Shown: positions 56,874 to 64,000 of the stretch, one piece after another
Layout: every line of letters begins with the position of its first letter
Numbering within the stretch: the first letter of the stretch is position 1
From: the human T2T-CHM13v2.0 reference genome, Homo sapiens
Assembly: GCF_009914755.1 (NCBI RefSeq)
Contig: NC_060944.1
Direction: 5' to 3' (one strand)
Length of the DNA: 64,000 nt
Made by a program: the position numbers and the translations under genes
The notes under the pieces: model-generated
The model's database searches: none
The model's input: only the letters and a program-made list of their open reading frames with translations
What the model was told of the DNA's origin: nothing

Positions 56874-56965
56874 GTAAGTGGCATATGGGTCATTGCAGGC
56901 CCCGTCTGACTGGGATCTCTGTGCTGCCGCCACAGCCTGAGAGATGCAGTGATCCTGCTGAAGGG

Positions 56966-57365
56966 CTGTGTTGGTGTGTGTATGTGTGTGTTGGTGTGTG
57001 GGTGTTGGTATGTGTGTTGGTGTCTGTGTGTTGGTGTGTGTGTTGGGGTGTGTGTGTGTTGGGGTATGTGTGTTGGGGGTGTGTGTGTTGTCTGTGTTGG
57101 GGGTGTGTGTGTTGGTGTGTGTGTTTTGGGGTGTGTGTATGTTGGTGTGTGCATGTTGGTGTCTGTGTGTTGGTATGTGTGTTGGGGTATGTGTGTGTGT
57201 GTTGGTGTGTGTTGGGGTATGTGTGTTGAGTGTGTGTGTTGTGTGTGTTGGGGTGTGCGTTGGTGTGTGTGTGTTGGTGTGTGTGTGTTGGGGTGTGTGT
57301 GGGGTGTGTTGGTGTGTGTGGGGGTGTGTTGGTGTGTGTGTTGTGTGTGTGTTGGTGTGTGTGTA
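56966..57365. repeat. TG-rich low-complexity/minisatellite tract (gtgtgttgg / gtgtgttgggg units)
   Basis: About 400 bp almost entirely G/T. Confidence 0.95.
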
Positions 57366-57530
57366 TTCAGAGTGCAGTGGCTTGCACACGTATGTCTCCC
57401 TGCCTTCCACTATGTCCCTATGTTGCATGTAGGTCTTCATCTCCCATGCATGCCACTGCATATATGCCTGTTGCCACTGTGTGTCCTTGGGTGAGCCTGA
57501 AAGCCTAGGTTCTTTCTATATAATTGTTAT

Positions 57531-58260
<730 letters not shown>

Positions 58261-58584
58261 TGGCACAAAATACTTTTTTATTGTCACTGTGTATCCTGCT
58301 GACACTTGAAGCCTGATAGGTTGTGGGCATCATCTTTCTTGGAGCACCTCTGAAGTGGCATAGCAGTGATTAAAACCACAGGCTTTGGAGCCAGCCAGAC
58401 TTGGGCCCCAGTGCCCATTCCCCGACTTAGCAGCTGTGGGACTTTGGGCAAGTAACTCAGCCTCTCTGGGCTTCAGTGGCTCCATCTGTGAAAAGGGGTT
58501 GTGGGTGGCTTCTGTCTCCCAGGGTTGTGTGAGCATTGTCAGCTTCCCACATGAGTAATTGGGCACTGTCTGTAATTTGCATAG

Positions 58585-58660
58585 AAAATGTCGTCAGAGA
58601 ATGGCGACTCCGGTATGAAGGGGGCCCAGCTCAGTTCCGGGGCCTCTAAGTTTCCTCCAG
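58585..58660 (+). CDS. ARHGAP40: ARHGAP40 exon 4, KMSSENGDSGMKGAQLSSGASKFPP
   Basis: Acceptor ttgcatag, consensus donor cag|gtaagt; 76 nt, phase 0 to 1, fits both neighbours. Confidence 0.82.
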
Positions 58661-58871
58661 GTAAGTGGTCTTCATTCTCCAGGGCCCTGAGAATCCTCCA
58701 GGCTGCATAAAGGGCTGCTCTGTGAAGTAAGAGAATGTGCACACCTCCCAGCATTTCCTGCTTCCTGCTGACTCCCTGCCTTCCCTGCTCAAGGGCAGTA
58801 GGGAGGAGCCCTGAGGGGACAGGTTGGGCCCTTAAGTGAGCTGTTGCCATCAGGCCCATGGGGCTCAAGAT

Positions 58872-59003
58872 GGGAAAATTCTCTTCCTGGGCAATTGGCC
58901 TTAGCTGGGAAATCACTTCCTGGGGCAGTGAGGGTCTTAGCTAGGAAATCATTTCCTGGGGGCAATGGGCCATAGCTAGGAAATCACTTCCTGGGCAATG
59001 AGC
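58872..59003. repeat. Imperfect ~35-bp minisatellite, about 4 copies (tagctaggaaatcacttcctgggcaatg)
   Basis: Units visible near 58872, 58907, 58943 and 58978. Confidence 0.85.
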
Positions 59004-59159
59004 CTGAGCCCTAAACCTAATGATTTGATCCTGGGGCTTTGAACTTGAGCTTGGGAGCTCACTTCTTAGGACTAAGGGCCTAAGTCCCGAACCCAAGCAC
59101 TTGCTTCCTGGCAGCCAGTTCTCACTGCCTTTCTCTGCTTTGTTTCCCCCGCCCCGCAG

Positions 59160-59308
59160 CAGCAGAGCCTGGGGGGCTGCAGGAGCAGGCTGGGAGGGAA
59201 GAAGCCTTCAACATGGACTCTGCCTACTCAGAACAAGCTGCGGTGCTCCTGCAGAGGAGCAGGCCATCCCGGGGAGGCACCTCTGCCTGGGGCAAGTGTT
59301 CCCTGCCG
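59160..59308 (+). CDS. ARHGAP40: ARHGAP40 exon 5, AAEPGGLQEQAGREEAFNMDSAYSEQAAVLLQRSRPSRGGTSAWGKCSLP
   Basis: Polypyrimidine tract plus cag, donor gtgagg at 59309; AYSEQA family motif; 149 nt, phase 1 to 0. The RhoGAP domain exons lie beyond the window. Confidence 0.88.
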
Positions 59309-59667
59309 GTGAGGATGCTGTCCACAGGGCTGGTTGGCTAGGTCCCCCTGTGCTCAGGCACCAGCACCCATCTCTTCACACCTTCCACACTGACAGGCAT
59401 CCAGCACAAAAGTTGTTAATTCATTCATTCATTTAATTCGTACCACAAATATTTACTGAGTGACCGCTGGGTATCAAGACTGGGGAGCAGGATGCTTACA
59501 GTCTAACAGTCCTGTCAGTATTGTCTCCATGCTCTTTGTTTTTATCCTTAGAAAGCCCTCCCTCCTCCAGCAAGCTCATAACTGTCCATCAACATGTTTT
59601 TCTAGTTACTTTTAAAATTAATTTTAGTGCCTGGAGTGACAGAGAGAGACCCAATATTTTAGTTCTG

Positions 59668-60227
<560 letters not shown>

Positions 60228-60687
60228 TAGGATGTAATCATTGATAGTTAGGTTTTTAAAGATTGAACTATAACTCGCTGTTAAGTGCACAGATATTTAC
60301 CAGGTACAGCTTGGTGTGTATGCCCGTGTAAATACCAACAAATGAGTACAGAAACTTCCTCCCTTGCTTGATGGCTTGTAATATGGAAAAAGAAAGAAAG
60401 AAAGAAACTTCCTACCCCACCACCCCCTCAGTGCCCGCATGCCCTTCCCAGGTAATTCCTTTCCCTGCAGAATAACCACTATTCTGACTTCTCTCATGGA
60501 GTAAATATAGTCTTTCACAGTCCCTCTATTACTAAAGGAAGTGTTTCTTCTTTGACCACGTGATGATGCAGTCGATGCAATCTTAGGTAACATTTTACTG
60601 AGGGCTGCCCTGGCCCAGGGCATTGTTCCCAAGGCTTCCAGTGCCCTCATTGCTCCCTGACTATATGATAGAAAGAAAGAGAAGTAG

Positions 60688-60985
60688 GATCGGGCACAGT
60701 GGCTCACGCCTGTAATCCCAGCAATTTGGGAGGCCAAGGCGAGAGGATTGCTTGAGTCTAGGAGTTTGAAACCAGCCTGGGCAACATAACAATACCCCAT
60801 CTCTACAAAAAATTTTTGAAATAGCCAGGTGTGATGGTGCAGGCCTGTAGTCTTAGCCACTTGGGAGGCTGAGGCAGGAGGATCACTTGTACCTGGAGGT
60901 TGAAGCTGCAGTGAGCTATGATTGCACCACTGCTCTCCAGCCTGGGCCACAGAGCAAGACCTAAAAAAAAAAAAAAAAAAAAAGA
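60688..60985 (+). mobile_element. Alu (AluJ-like) with TSD aagagaagt
   Basis: Forward Alu with poly(A). Confidence 0.9.
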
Positions 60986-60994
60986 GAAGTGGCA

Positions 60995-61313
60995 TATGTT
61001 AGTCTGTTTTTACACTGCTGATAAAGGCATGAAAGAGGTTTAATGGACTTACAGTTCCACATGGCTGGGGAGGCCTCACAATCATGGTGGAAGGTGAAAG
61101 GCACGTCTCATGTGGCAGCAGACAAGAGAAGAGAGCTTGTGCAGGGAATCTCCCCTTTTTAAAACCATCAGATCTCGTGAGACTTATTCACTATCACAAG
61201 AACAGCCTGGGAAAGACCTGCCCCCGTGATTCAATTACCTCCCACAGGGCCCCTCCCACAACACATGGAAATTCAAGATGAGATTTGGCGGGGGACATAG
61301 CCAAACCATATCA
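60995..61313 (-). mobile_element. THE1-type MaLR solo LTR
   Basis: Reverse of TGATATGGTTTGGCT at the right end; ttacagttccacatggctggggaggcctcacaatcatgg; accatcagatctcgtgagacttattcactatc. Confidence 0.9.
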
Positions 61314-61609
61314 TGGTGCTCAGAGAGGAGAAGTGACAGAATTGGCTCCCACAAAGGCCAGGACAGGAACACCTGGCAGCCTGACCCTGGAGCCTTCCCA
61401 ACTGACCACCACTCTCTACTGCTTAGGAAACCAACCCCACCCCCTGCAGTAGCCTCTATTCCAATGTGAGAGTACTTTCACTCATTCAAATGGAATTTTC
61501 TTAGGTCCACAGCAAGTTGCAAAAACAGAACTCCCACGTACTCTGCACCTAGTTTCTCTTAGTGATAATATTTTCCATTAATCATAGTACATCAAATAAC
61601 ATTTATATT

Positions 61610-62218
61610 TATTTATTTATTTATTTAATTTTTTCTTTTTTGAAACAGTCTCACTCTGTTGCCCAGGCTGGAGTGCAGTGGCAAAACCTCGGCTCACTAC
61701 AACCTCCACCCCCGACGTTCAAGTGATTGTTGTGCCTCTGCCTCCCAAGTAGCTGGGACTACAGGCATGTGCTACCACACCCAGCTAATTTTTGTATTTT
61801 TAGTAGAGACAGGGTTTCTCCATGTTGGCCAGGCTGGTCTCGAACTCCTGACCTCAGGTGATCTGCCCGCCTCAGCCTCCCAAAGTGTTAGGATTACAGG
61901 TATGAGCCACTGCACCCGGCCTAAATTTTTTTTTTTTTGAGACGGAGTCTCGCTCTATTGCCCAGGCTGGAGTGCAGTGGTGCAATCTTGGTTCACTGCA
62001 AGCTCCGCCCCCTGGGTTCATGCCATTCTCCTGCCTCAGCCCCCGAGTAGCTGGGACTACAGGCGCCCGCCACCATGCCTGGCTAATTTTTTGTATATTT
62101 AGTAGAGATGGGGTTTCACCGTGTTAGCCAGGATGGTCTCAATCTCCTGACTTCGTGATCCGCCAGCCTCGGCCTCCCAAAGTGCTGGGATTACAGGCGT
62201 GAGCCACCGCGCCTGGCC
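61610..62218 (-). mobile_element. Two tandem reverse Alus (AluS-like ~61610-61921, AluY-like ~61926-62218)
   Basis: Two consecutive dimeric Alus. Confidence 0.9.
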
Positions 62219-62320
62219 TAAAATTTTTTAATAATGAGTTTCTATTTCTAAAACATCAGAGATAATTAATATTCAACATTATCTTGTCTTTTTCTTTGAC
62301 AGTGTTTCTCCATTAAATTA

Positions 62321-62955
<635 letters not shown>

Positions 62956-63461
62956 GCTAAAGACATCACATATTGATCTTTTACCACACACTAAGCATTA
63001 TGCCAAGTACTTCACATATTTGATTTAATTTCATTCTATTAAGTTAGTGATAACTGTGTTAATAAACTAAAAAGTAGTAGTAAGTATTGAGTACTCACTA
63101 TGTGTCGGGCACCATGTTTCATACACTTTATTGAATTTAATCCCACCAACAGTCTTGTGAAGTAGATACTGTTATCACTTCCACTTTGCAGATGAACACA
63201 CAGGTAAAATTATTTGCGTGCACTCACAGGTAAAGTCAGGATTTGAACCCCGGGGGATGTGACTCCATAGCCCATGCCGCAAGCACTAGGCTGTATTATA
63301 AGCATCAATTACTATTTCTTTCCCTTTGAGCACTCGAAAGGGGCACTGGGAAGTGGTCCAGCCACGCCCTCCAGGCAGTGCTGAGCAAGCCTGGCCCTCC
63401 CGCTTGCCTTCTCTGACCTTGGGCGGCAGGAAAGCCTGGAGCTGCCTGCAGATTCCCAAGG

Positions 63462-63480
63462 TGGCCTCTAGATGGCACGG
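63462..63480 (+). promoter_or_regulatory. Candidate CTCF site TGGCCTCTAGATGGCACGG
   Basis: Close match to the CTCF core CC(A/G/T)(C/G)(C/T)AG(A/G)(G/T)GGC(A/G)(C/G), in non-repeat sequence. Confidence 0.55.
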
Positions 63481-63729
63481 TTGAGCATTCTTTATTTCTG
63501 CCGGTGGCATGGCCAAGGCTGGGGACAGAGCCGGTGAGGCAGAGGAACAAAGGACCAGAGTAGAAGCAATAATAAGAAGCCCATGGGGTGATCCCTCTTC
63601 TCCAGGTCCTCTTGTGGAAGGGCAGGCAGTGAAAACAGTTTCTGTTTCTTGGGGCTTCGCTATGTGCTTGGGACTGTACCAAGCACTCTATATCCATTAG
63701 GTCATTTGCTCCCGCTAAAATTTTATGAG

Positions 63730-64000
63730 GTCGTTGCCGTGGCTCATGCTTGTAATTCCAGCACTTTGGGAGGCTGAGGTGGGAGAATTGCTTGAGCCCA
63801 GGTGTCTGAGACCAGCCTGGGCAACATAGAGAAACCCTGTCTCTACAAAACATACAAAGATTAGCCAGGTGTCGAGGTGCACACCTGTAGTCCCAGCTAC
63901 TCAGGAGGCTGAGGCAGGAGGATCAGTTGAGCCCAGGAGGTCGGGGCTGCAGTCAGCAGTGTTCATGCCACTGTACGCCAGCTTGGGCAACAGAGCAAGA
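63730..64000 (+). mobile_element. Alu (AluJ-like), runs off the window
   Basis: Forward Alu text. Confidence 0.88.

Noticed and set aside
56777-57508. Cys/Val/Gly-rich and His/Thr-rich ORFs
   Set aside because: Translation of the TG-rich repeat.

Overview
Human (primate) genomic DNA, recognisable from the encoded proteins as the RALGAPB-ADIG-ARHGAP40 locus (chr20q11.23 from recall). All three genes are on the + strand. The window holds the last three coding exons and ~3.9-kb 3'UTR of RALGAPB (419-~8510), the complete adipogenin gene ADIG (80-aa microprotein, two coding exons plus a probable non-coding third exon, ~10.8-18.1 kb), and coding exons 1-5 of ARHGAP40 (31587-59308, continuing beyond the window). 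Exon phases were checked by hand and join in frame. Between ADIG and ARHGAP40 lies a two-LTR HERV-H provirus on the minus strand (22036-28442; GTCAC TSD, tRNA-His PBS, decayed gag/pro/pol) inserted into an older MLT1 LTR. ARHGAP40 intron 1 carries a full-length, disabled, antisense GINS2 processed pseudogene with poly(A) and a 17-bp TSD. The rest is Alu, L1, L2, MIR, MaLR/ERV1 LTR, DNA-transposon relics and simple repeats; most ORFs in the supplied track are artefacts of these. I found no convincing wholly new biological system. The best leads are regulatory or evolutionary: HERV-H divergent to the ARHGAP40 promoter, the three-frame uATG arrangement of ADIG, a perfect 33-bp VNTR, the GINS2 retrocopy, an ETS-motif minisatellite and a template-switch scar. 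Repeat boundaries and subfamilies are approximate unless a TSD is quoted.
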